Shown one piece after another: positions 28,201 to 40,200 of a stretch of 64,000 nt of DNA. Under the pieces are notes generated by a model. That model worked only from the letters and a program-made list of their open reading frames with translations. It was not told the DNA's origin and searched no databases. This DNA comes from Nemertoderma westbladi (lineage: Eukaryota; Animalia; Xenacoelomorpha), in assembly GCA_032718475.1 (NCBI GenBank), contig JAUCBJ010001037.1, positions 29,675-93,674 on the forward strand, given 5' to 3'. Position 1 is the first letter of the stretch. The number at the start of each line of letters is the position of its first letter. Made by a program: the position numbers and the translations under genes.

Positions 28201-31200
28201 GTTAGTTAGTATGTTAGATCGGGTCTCCGATTATAGGAGGTTAGTTAGTTAGTATGTTAGATCGGGTCTCCGATTATAGGAGGTTAGTTAGTTAGTATGT
28301 TAGATCGGGTCTCCTCTATAGGAGGTTAGTTAGTTAGTATGTTAGATCGGGTCTCCGATTATAGGAGGTTAGTTAGTTAGTATGTTAGATCGGGTCTCCG
28401 ATTATAGGAGGTTAGTTAGTTAGTATGTTAGATCGGGTCTCCGACTATAGGAGGTTAGTTAGTTAGTATGTTAGATCGGGTCTCCGACTATAGGAGGTTA
28501 GTTAGTTAGTATGTTAGATCGGGTCTCCGACTATAGGAGGTTAGTTAGTTAGTATGTTAGATCAGGTCTCCGACTATAGGAGGTTAGTTAGTTAGTATGT
28601 TAGATCGGGTCTCCGATTATAGGAGGTTAGTTAGTTAGTATGTTAGATCGGGTCTCCTCTATAGGAGGTTAGTTAGTTAGTTAGTATGTTAGATCGGGTC
28701 TCCGATTATAGGAGGTAGTTAGTTAGTATGTTAGATCGGGTCTCCGATTATAGGAGGTTAGTTAGTTAGTATGTTAGATCGGGTCTCCGATTATAGGAGG
28801 TTAGTTAGTTAGTATTTTAGATCGGGTCTCCGACTATAGGAGGTTAATTAGTTAGTATGTTAGATCGGGTCTCCGATTATAGGAGGTTAGTTAGTTAGTA
28901 TGTTAGATCGGGTCTCCGATTATAGGAGGTTAGTTAGTTAGTATGTTAGATCGGGTCTCCGACTATAGGAGGTTAGTTAGTTAGTATGTTAGATCGGGTC
29001 TCCTCTATAGGAGGTTAGTTAGTTAGTATGTTAGATCGGGTCTCCGATTATAGGAGGTTAGTTAGTTAGTATGTTAGATCGGGTCTCCGATTATAGGAGG
29101 TTAGTTAGTTAGTATGTTAGATCGGGTCTCCGACTATAGGAGGTTAGTTAGTTAGTATGTTAGATCGGGTCTCCTCTATAGGAGGTTAGTTAGTTAGTAT
29201 GTTAGATCGGGTCTCCGATTATAGGAGGTTAGTTAGTTAGTATGTTAGATCGGGTCTCCGATTATAGGAGGTTAGTTAGTTAGTATGTTAGATCGGGTCT
29301 CCGATTATAGGAGGTTAGTTAGTTAGTATGTTAGATCGGGTCTCCGATTATAGGAGGTTAGTTAGTTAGTATGTTAGATCGGGACTCCGATTATAGGAGG
29401 TTAGTTAGTATGTTAGATCGGGTCTCCGATTATAGGAGGTTAGTTAGTTAGTTAGTATGTTAGATAGGGTCTCCTCTATAGAAGGTTAGTTAGTTAGTAT
29501 GTTAGATCGGGTCTCCGATTATAGGAGGTTAGTTAGTATGTTAGATCGGGTCTCCGACTATAGGAGGTTAGTTAGTTAGTATGTTAGATCGGGTCTCCGA
29601 CTATAGGAGGTTAGTTAGTTAGTATGTTAGATCGGGTCTCCGACTATAGGAGGTTAGTTAGTTAGTATGTTAGATCGGGTCTCCGACTATAGGAGGTTAG
29701 TTAGTATGTTAGATCGGGTCTCCGACTATAGGAGGTTAGTTAGTTAGTATGTTAGATCGGGTCTCCGATTATAGGAGGTTAGTTAGTTAGTATGTTAGAT
29801 CGGGTCTCCGATTATAGGAGGTTAGTTAGTATGTTAGATCGGGTCTCCGAATATAGGAGGTTAGTTAGTATGTTAGATCGGGTCTCCGATTATAGAAGGT
29901 TAGTTAGTTAGTATGTTAGATCGGGTCTCCGATTATAGGAGGTTGGTTAGTTAGTATGTTAGATCGGGTCTCCGACTATAGGAGGTTAGTTAGTTCTTAG
30001 TTAGTATGTTAGATCGGGTCTCCGATTATAGGAGGTTAGTTAGTTAGTATGTTAGATCGGGTCTCCGACTATAGGAGGTTAGTTAGTTAGTATGTTAGAT
30101 CGGGTCTCCGATTATAGGAGGTTAGTTAGTTAGTATGTTAGATCGGGTCTCCGATTATAGGAGGTTAGTTAGTTAGTATGTTAGATCGGGTCTCCGATTA
30201 TAGGAGGTTAGTTAGTATGTTAGATCGGGTCTCCGATTATAGGAGGTTAGTTAGTTAGTATGTTAGATAGGGTCTCCTCTATAGGAGGTTAGTTAGTTAG
30301 TATGTTAGATCGGGTCTCCGATTATAGGAGGTTAGTTAGTTAGTATGTTAGATCGGGTCTCCGATTATAGGAGGTTAGTTAGTATGTTAGATCGGGTCTC
30401 CGACTATAGGAGGTTAATTAGTTAGTATGTTAGATCGGGTCTCCGACTATAGGAGGTTAGTTAGTTAGTATGTTAGATCGGGTCTCCGACTATAGGAGGT
30501 TAGTTAGTTAGTATGTTAGATCGGGTCTCCGACTATAGGAGGTTAGTTAGTTAGTATGTTAGATCAGGTCTCCGACTATAGGAGGTTAATTTGTTAGTAT
30601 GTTAGATCGGGTCTCCGATTATAGGAGGTTAGTTAGTTAGTATGTTAGATCGGGTCTCCTCTATAGGAGGTTAGTTAGTTAGTATGTTAGATCGGGTCTC
30701 CGATTATAGGAGGTTAGTTAGTTAGTATGTTAGATCGGGTCTCCGATTATAGGAGGTTAGTTAGTTAGTATGTTAGATCGGGTCTCCGACTATAGGAGGT
30801 TAGTTAGTTAGTATGTTAGATCGGGTCTCCGACTATAGGAGGTTAGTTAGTTAGTATGTTAGATCGGGTCTCCGACTATAGGAGGTTAGTTAGTTAGTAT
30901 GTTAGATCAGGTCTCCGACTATAGGAGGTTAGTTAGTTAGTATGTTAGATCGGGTCTCCGATTATAGGAGGTTAGTTAGTTAGTATGTTAGATCGGGTCT
31001 CCTCTATAGGAGGTTAGTTAGTTAGTTAGTATGTTAGATCGGGTCTCCGATTATAGGAGGTTAGTTAGTTAGTATGTTAGATCGGGTCTCCGATTATAGG
31101 AGGTTAGTTAGTTAGTATGTTAGATCGGGTCTCCGATTATAGGAGGTTAGTTAGTTAGTATGTTAGATCGGGTCTCCGACTATAGGAGGTTAGTTAGTTA

Positions 31201-34200
31201 GTATGTTAGATCGGGTCTCCGATTATAGGAGGTTAGTTAGTTAGTATGTTAGATCGGGTTTCCGATTATAGGAGGTTAGTTAGTTAGTATGTTAGATCGG
31301 GTCTCCGATTATAGGAGGTTAGTTAGTTAGTATGTTAGATCGGGTCTCCGATTATAGGAGGTTAGTTAGTCAGTATGTTAGATCGGGTCTCCGATTATAG
31401 GAGGTTAGTTAGTTAGTATGTTAGATCGGGTCTCCGATTATAGGAGGTTAGTTAGTTAGTATGTTAGATCGGGTCTCCGACTATAGGAGGTTAGTTAGTT
31501 AGTATGTTAGATCGGGTCTCCGATTATAGGAGGTTAGTTAGTTAGTATGTTAGATCGGGTCTCCGATTATAAGAGGTTAGTTAGTTAGTATGTTAGATCG
31601 GGTCTCCGATTATAGGAGGTTAGTTAGTTAGTATGTTAGATCGGGTCTCCTCTATAGGAGGTTAGTTAGTTAGTTAGTATGTTAGATCGGGTCTCCGATT
31701 ATAGGAGGTTAGTTAGTTAGTATGTTAGATCGGGTCTCCGATTATAGGAGGTTAGTTAGTTAGTATGTTAGATCGGGTCTCCGATTATAGGAGGTTAGTT
31801 AGTTAGTATGTTAGATCGGGTCTCCGACTATAGGAGGTTAGTTAGTTAGTTAGTTAGTATGTTAGATCGGGTCTCCGATTATAGGAGGTTAGTTAGTTAG
31901 TATGTTAGATCGGGTTTCCGATTATAGGAGGTTAGTTAGTTAGTATGTTAGATCGGGTCTCCGATTATAGGAGGTTAGTTAGTTAGTATGTTAGATCGGG
32001 TCTCCGATTATAGGAGGTTAGTTAGTTAGTATGTTAGATCGGGTCTCCGATTATATGAGGTTAGTTAGTTAGTATGTTAGATCGGGTCTCCGATTATAGG
32101 AGGTTAGTTAGTTAGTATGTTAGATCGGGTCTCCTCTATAGGAGGTTAGTTAGTTAGTATGTTAGATCGGGTCTCCGATTATAGGAGGTTAGTTAGTTAG
32201 TATGTTAGATCGGGTCTCCGATTATAGGAGGTTAGTTAGTTAGTATGTTAGATCGGGTCTCCGACTATAGGAGGTTAGTTAGTTAGTATGTTAGATCGGG
32301 TCTCCGACTATAGGAGGTTAGTTAGTTAGTATGTTAGATCGGGTCTCCGACTATAGGAGGTTAGTTAGTTAGTATGTTAGATCAGGTCTCCGACTATAGG
32401 AGGTTAGTTAGTTAGTATGTTAGATCGGGTCTCCGATTATAGGAGGTTAGTTAGTTAGTATGTTAGATCGGGTCTCCTCTATAGGAGGTTAGTTAGTTAG
32501 TTAGTATGTTAGATCGGGTCTCCGATTATAGGAGGTAGTTAGTTAGTATGTTAGATCGGGTCTCCGATTATAGGAGGTTAGTTAGTTAGTATGTTAGATC
32601 GGGTCTCCGATTATAGGAGGTTAGTTAGTTAGTATGTTAGATCGGGTCTCCGACTATAGGAGGTTAATTAGTTAGTATGTTAGATCGGGTCTCCGATTAT
32701 AGGAGGTTAGTTAGTTAGTATGTTAGATCGGGTTTCCGATTATAGGAGGTTAGTTAGTTAGTATGTTAGATCGGGTCTCCGATTATAGGAGGTTAGTTAG
32801 TTAGTATGTTAGATCGGGTCTCCGATTATAGGAGGTTAGTTAGTTAGTATGTTAGATCGGGTCTCCGATTATAGGAGGTTAGTTAGTTAGTATGTTAGAT
32901 CGGGTCTCCGATTATAGGAGGTTAGTTAGTTAGTATGTTAGATCGGGTCTCCGACTATAGGAGGTTAGTTAGTTAGTATGTTAGATCGGGTCTCCTCTAT
33001 AGGAGGTTAGTTAGTTAGTATGTTAGATCGGGTCTCCGATTATAGGAGGTTAGTTAGTTAGTATGTTAGATCGGGTCTCCGATTATAGGAGGTTAGTTAG
33101 TTAGTATGTTAGATCGGGTCTCCGATTATAGGAGGTTAGTTAGTTAGTATGTTAGATCGGGTCTCCTCTATAGGAGGTTAGTTAGTTAGTTAGTATGTTA
33201 GATCGGGTCTCCGATTATAGGAGGTTAGTTAGTTAGTATGTTAGATCGGGTCTCCGATTATAGGAGGTTAGTTAGTTAGTATGTTAGATCGGGTCTCCGA
33301 TTATAGGAGGTTAGTTAGTTAGTATGTTAGATCGGGTCTCCGACTATAGGAGGTTAGTTAGTTAGTTAGTATGTTAGATCGGGTCTCCGATTATAGGAGG
33401 TTAGTTAGTTAGTATGTTAGATCGGGTTTCCGATTATAGGAGGTTAGTTAGTTAGTATGTTAGATCGGGTCTCCGATTATAGGAGGTTAGTTAGTTAGTA
33501 TGTTAGATCGGGTCTCCGATTATAGGAGGTTAGTTAGTTAGTATGTTAGATCGGGTCTCCGATTATAGGAGGTTAGTTAGTTAGTATGTTAGATCGGGTC
33601 TCCGATTATAGGAGGTTAGTTAGTTAGTATGTTAGATCGGGTCTCCTCTATAGGAGGTTAGTTAGTTAGTATGTTAGATCGGGTCTCCGATTATAGGAGG
33701 TTAGTTAGTTAGTATGTTAGATCGGGTCTCCGATTATAGGAGGTTAGTTAGTTAGTATGTTAGATCGGGTCTCCGACTATAGGAGGTTAGTTAGTTAGTA
33801 TGTTAGATCGGGTCTCCGACTATAGGAGGTTAGTTAGTTAGTATGTTAGATCGGGTCTCCGACTATAGGAGGTTAGTTAGTTAGTATGTTAGATCAGGTC
33901 TCCGACTATAGGAGGTTAGTTAGTTAGTATGTTAGATCGGGTCTCCGATTATAGGAGGTTAGTTAGTTAGTATGTTAGATCGGGTCTCCTCTATAGGAGG
34001 TTAGTTAGTTAGTTAGTATGTTAGATCGGGTCTCCGATTATAGGAGGTAGTTAGTTAGTATGTTAGATCGGGTCTCCGATTATAGGAGGTTAGTTAGTTA
34101 GTATGTTAGATCGGGTCTCCGATTATAGGAGGTTAGTTAGTTAGTATGTTAGATCGGGTCTCCGACTATAGGAGGTTAATTAGTTAGTATGTTAGATCGG

Positions 34201-37200
34201 GTCTCCGATTATAGGAGGTTAGTTAGTTAGTATGTTAGATCGGGTCTCCGATTATAGGAGGTTAGTTAGTTAGTATGTTAGATCGGGTCTCCGATTATAG
34301 GAGGTTAGTTAGTTAGTATGTTAGATCGGGTCTCCGATTATAGGAGGTTAGTTAGTTAGTATGTTAGATCGGGTCTCCGATTATAGGAGGTTAGTTAGTT
34401 AGTATGTTAGATCGGGTCTCCGATTATAGGAGGTTAGTTAGTTAGTATGTTAGATCGGGTCTCCGACTATAGGAGGTTAGTTAGTTAGTATGTTAGATCG
34501 GGTCTCCTCTATAGGAGGTTAGTTAGTTAGTATGTTAGATCGGGTCTCCGATTATAGGAGGTTAGTTAGTTAGTATGTTAGATCGGGTCTCCGATTATAG
34601 GAGGTTAGTTAGTTAGTATGTTAGATCGGGTCTCCGATTATAGGAGGTTAGTTAGTTAGTATGTTAGATCGGGTCTCCTCTATAGGAGGTTAGTTAGTTA
34701 GTTAGTATGTTAGATCGGGTCTCCGATTATAGGAGGTTAGTTAGTTAGTATGTTAGATCGGGTCTCCGATTATAGGAGGTTAGTTAGTTAGTATGTTAGA
34801 TCGGGTCTCCGATTATAGGAGGTTAGTTAGTTAGTATGTTAGATCGGGTCTCCGACTATAGGAGGTTAGTTAGTTAGTTAGTATGTTAGATCGGGTCTCC
34901 GATTATAGGAGGTTAGTTAGTTAGTATGTTAGATCGGGTTTCCGATTATAGGAGGTTAGTTAGTTAGTATGTTAGATCGGGTCTCCGATTATAGGAGGTT
35001 AGTTAGTTAGTATGTTAGATCGGGTCTCCGATTATAGGAGGTTAGTTAGTTAGTATGTTAGATCGGGTCTCCGATTATAGGAGGTTAGTTAGTTAGTATG
35101 TTAGATCGGGTCTCCGATTATAGGAGGTTAGTTAGTTAGTATGTTAGATCGGGTCTCCGACTATAGGAGGTTAGTTAGTTAGTATGTTAGATCGGGTCTC
35201 CTCTATAGGAGGTTAGTTAGTTAGTATGTTAGATCGGGTCTCCGATTATAGGAGGTTAGTTAGTTAGTATGTTAGATCGGGTCTCCGATTATAGGAGGTT
35301 AGTTAGTTAGTATGTTAGATCGGGTCTCCGATTATAGAAGGTTAGTTAGTTAGTATGTTAGATCAGGTCTCCGATTATAGGAGATTAGTTAGTTAGTATG
35401 TTAGATCGGGTCTCCGATTATAGGAGGTTAGTTAGTATGTGAGATCGGGTCTCCGACTATAGGAGGTTAGTTAGTTAGTATGTTAGATCGGGTCTTCGAC
35501 TATAGAAGGTTAGTTAGTATGTGAGATCGGGTCTCCGATTATAGGAGGTTAGTTAGTTAGTGTGTTAGATCGGGTCTCCGACTATAGGAGGTTAGTTAGT
35601 TAGTATGTTAGATCGGGTCTCCGATTATAGGAGGTTAGTTAGTTAGTATGTTAGATCGGGTCTCCGATTATAGGAGGTTAGTTAGTTAGTATGTTAGATC
35701 GGGTCTTCGACTATAGAAGGTTAGTTAGTATGTGAGATCGGGTCTCCGATTATAGGAGGTTAGTTAGTTAGTATGTTAGATCGGGTCTCCGATTATAGGA
35801 GGTTAGTTAGTTAGTATGTTAGATCGGGTCTCCGACTATAGGAGGTTAGTTAGTTAGTATGTTAGATCGGGTCTCCTCTATAGGAGGTTAGTTAGTTAGT
35901 ATGTTAGATCGGGTCTCCGATTATAGGAGGTTAGTTAGTTAGTATGTTAGATCGGGTCTCCGATTATAGGAGGTTAGTTAGTTAGTATGTTAGATCGGGT
36001 CTCCGATTATAGGAGGTTAGTTAGTTAGTATGTTAGATCGGGTCTCCGACTATAGGAGGTTAGTTAGTTAGTATGTTAGATCGGGTCTCCTCTATAGGAG
36101 GTTAGTTAGTTAGTATGTTAGATCGGGTCTCCTCTATAGGAGGTTAGTTAGTTAGTATGTTAGATCAGGTCTCCGATTATAGGAGGTTAGTTAGTTAGTA
36201 TGTTAGATCGGGTCTCCGATTATAGGAGGTTAGTTAGTATGTGAGATCGGGTCTCCGATTATAGGAGGTTAGTTAGTATGTTAGATCGGGTCTCCGATTA
36301 TAGGAGGTTAGTTAGTATGTTAGATCGGGTCTCCGATTATAGGAGGTTAGTTAGTATGTTAGATCGGGTCTCCGATTATAGGATGTTAGTTAGTATGTTA
36401 GATCGGGTCTCCGACTATAGAAGGTTAGTTAGTTAGTATGTTAGATCGGGTCTCCGATTATAGGAGGTTAGTTAGTTAGTATGTTAGATCGGGTCTCAGA
36501 TTATAGGAGGTTAGTTAGTTAGTATGTTAGATCGGGTCTCCGATTATAGGAGGTTAGTTAGTTAGTATGTTAGATCGGGTCTCCGATTATAGGAGGTTAG
36601 TTAGTTAGTATGTTAGATCGGGTCTCCGACTATAGGAGGTTAGTTAGTTAGTATGTTAGATCGGGTCTCCGATTATAGGAGGTTAGTTAGTTAGTATGTT
36701 AGATCGGGTCTTCGATTATAGAAGGTTAGTTAGTTAGTATGTTAGATCAGGTCTCCGATTATAGGAGGTTAGTTAGTTAGTATGTTAGATCGGGTCTCCG
36801 ATTATAGGAGGTTAGTTAGTTAGTATGTTAGATCGGATCTCCGATTATAGGAGGTTAGTTAGTTAGTATGTTAGATCGGGTCTCCGATTATAGGAGGTTA
36901 GTTAGTTAGTTAGTATGTTAGATCGGGTCTCCGATTATAGGAGGTTAGTTAGTTAGTATGTTAGATCGGGTCTCCGATTATAGGAGGTTAGTTAGTTAGT
37001 ATGTTAGATCGGGTCTTCGACTATAGGAGGTTAGTTAGTTAGTATGTTAGATCGGGTCTCCGACTATAGGAGGTTAGTTAGTTAGTATGTTAGATCGGGT
37101 CTCCGACTATAGGAGGTTAGTTAGTTAGTATGTTAGATCGGGTCTCCGATTATAGGAGGTTAGTTAGTTAGTATGTTAGATCGGGTCTCCGATTATAGGA

Positions 37201-40200
37201 GGTTAGTTAGTTAGTATGTTAGATCGGGTCTCCGATTATAGGAGGTTAGTTAGTTAGTATGTTAGATCGGGTCTTCGACTATAGGAGGTTAGTTAGTTAG
37301 TATGTTAGATCGGGTCTCCGATTATAGGAGGTTAGTTAGTTAGTATGTTAGATCGGGTCTCCGACTATAGGAGGTTAGTTAGTTAGTATGTTAGATCGGG
37401 TCTCCGATTATAGGAGGTTAGTTAGTTAGTATGTTAGATCGGGTCTCCTCTATAGGAGGTTAGTTAGTTAGTATGTTAGATCGGGTCTCCTCTATAGGAG
37501 GTTAGTTAGTTAGTATGTTAGATCAGGTCTCCGATTATAGGAGGTTAGTTAGTTAGTATGTTAGATCGGGTCTCCGATTATAGGAGGTTAGTTAGTATGT
37601 GAGATCGGGTCTCCGATTATAGGAGGTTAGTTAGTATGTTAGATCGGGTCTCCGATTATAGGAGGTTAGTTAGTATGTTAGATCGGATCTCCGATTATAG
37701 GAGGTTAGTTAGTTAGTATGTTAGATCGGGTCTCCGATTATAGGAGGTTAGTTAGTTAGTTAGTATGTTAGATCGGGTCTCCGATTATAGGAGGTTAGTT
37801 AGTTAGTATGTTAGATCGGGTCTCCGATTATAGGAGGTTAGTTAGTTAGTATGTTAGATCGGGTCTTCGACTATAGGAGGTTAGTTAGTTAGTATGTTAG
37901 ATCGGGTCTCCGACTATAGGAGGTTAGTTAGTTAGTATGTTAGATCGGGTCTCCGACTATAGGAGGTTAGTTAGTTAGTATGTTAGATCGGGTCTCCGAT
38001 TATAGGAGGTTAGTTAGTTAGTATGTTAGATCGGGTCTCCGATTATAGGAGGTTAGTTAGTTAGTATGTTAGATCGGGTCTCCGATTATAGGAGGTTAGT
38101 TAGTTAGTATGTTAGATCGGGTCTTCGACTATAGGAGGTTAGTTAGTTAGTATGTTAGATCGGGTCTCCGATTATAGGAGGTTAGTTAGTTAGTATGTTA
38201 GATCGGGTCTCCGACTATAGGAGGTTAGTTAGTTAGTATGTTAGATCGGGTCTCCGATTATAGGAGGTTAGTTAGTTAGTATGTTAGATCGGGTCTCCTC
38301 TATAGGAGGTTAGTTAGTTAGTATGTTAGATCGGGTCTCCTCTATAGGAGGTTAGTTAGTTAGTATGTTAGATCAGGTCTCCGATTATAGGAGGTTAGTT
38401 AGTTAGTATGTTAGATCGGGTCTCCGATTATAGGAGGTTAGTTAGTATGTGAGATCGGGTCTCCGATTATAGGAGGTTAGTTAGTATGTTAGATCGGGTC
38501 TCCGATTATAGGAGGTTAGTTAGTATGTTAGATCGGGTATCCGATTATAGGAGGTTAGTTAGTATGTTAGATCGGGTCTCCGATTATAGGAGGTTAGTTA
38601 GTATGTTAGATCGGGTCTCCGACTATAGAAGGTTAGTTAGTTAGTATGTTAGATCAGGTCTCCGATTATAGGAGGTTAGTTAGTTAGTATGTTAGATCGG
38701 GTCTCCGACTATAGGAGGTTAGTTAGTTAGTATGTTAGATCGGGTCTCCGATTATAGGAGGTTAGTTAGTTAGTATGTTAGATCGGGTCTTCGATTATAG
38801 AAGGTTAGTTAGTTAGTATGTTAGATCAGGTCTCCGATTATAGGAGGTTAGTTAGTTAGTATGTTAGATCGGGTCTCCGATTATAGGAGGTTAGTTAGTT
38901 AGTTAGTATGTTAGATCGGGTCTCCGATTATAGGAGGTTAGTTAGTTAGTATGTTAGATCGGGTCTCCGATTATAGGAGGTTAGTTAGTTAGTTAGTATG
39001 TTAGATCGGGTCTCCGATTATAGGAGGTTAGTTAGTTAGTATGTTAGATCGGGTCTCCGATTATAGGAGGTTAGTTAGTTAGTATGTTAGATCGGGTCTT
39101 CGACTATAGGAGGTTAGTTAGTTAGTATGTTAGATCGGGTCTCCGACTATAGGAGGTTAGTTAGTTAGTATGTTAGATCGGGTCTCCGACTATAGGAGGT
39201 TAGTTAATTAGTATGTTAGATCGGGTCTCCGATTATAGGAGGTTAGTTAGTTAGTATGTTAGATCGGGTCTCCGATTATAGGAGGTTAGTTAGTTAGTAT
39301 GTTAGATCGGGTCTCCGACTATAGGAGGTTAGTTAGTTAGTATGTTAGATCAGGTCTCCGATTATAGGAGGTTAGTTAGTTAGTATGTTAGATCGGGTCT
39401 CCGACTATAGGAGGTTAGTTAGTTAGTATGTTAGATCGGGTCTCCGATTATAGGAGGTTAGTTAGTTAGTATGTTAGATCGGGTCTTCGATTATAGAAGG
39501 TTAGTTAGTTAGTATGTTAGATCAGGTCTCCGATTATAGGAGGTTAGTTAGTTAGTATGTTAGATCGGGTCTCCGATTATAGGAGGTTAGTTAGTTAGTT
39601 AGTATGTTAGATCGGGTCTCCGATTATAGGAGGTTAGTTAGTTAGTATGTTAGATCGGGTCTCCGATTATAGGAGGTTAGTTAGTTAGTTAGTATGTTAG
39701 ATCGGGTCTCCGATTATAGGAGGTTAGTTAGTTAGTATGTTAGATCGGGTCTCCGATTATAGGAGGTTAGTTAGTTAGTATGTTAGATCGGGTCTCCGAC
39801 TATAGGAGGTTAGTTAGTTAGTATGTTAGATCGGGTCTCCGACTATAGGAGGTTAGTTAGTTAGTATGTTAGATCGGGTCTCCGACTATAGGAGGTTAGT
39901 TAGTTAGTATGTTAGATCGGGTCTCCGATTATAGGAGGTTAGTTAGTTAGTATGTTAGATCGGGTCTCCGATTATAGGAGGTTAGTTAGTTAGTATGTTA
40001 GATCGGGTCTCCGATTATAGGAGATTAGTTAGTTAGTATGTTAGATCGGGTCTTCGACTATAGGAGGTTAGTTAGTTAGTATGTTAGATCGGGTCTCCGA
40101 TTATAGGAGGTTAGTTAGTTAGTATGTTAGATCGGGTCTCCGACTATAGGAGGTTAGTTAGTTAGTATGTTAGATCGGGTCTCCGATTATAGGAGGTTAG

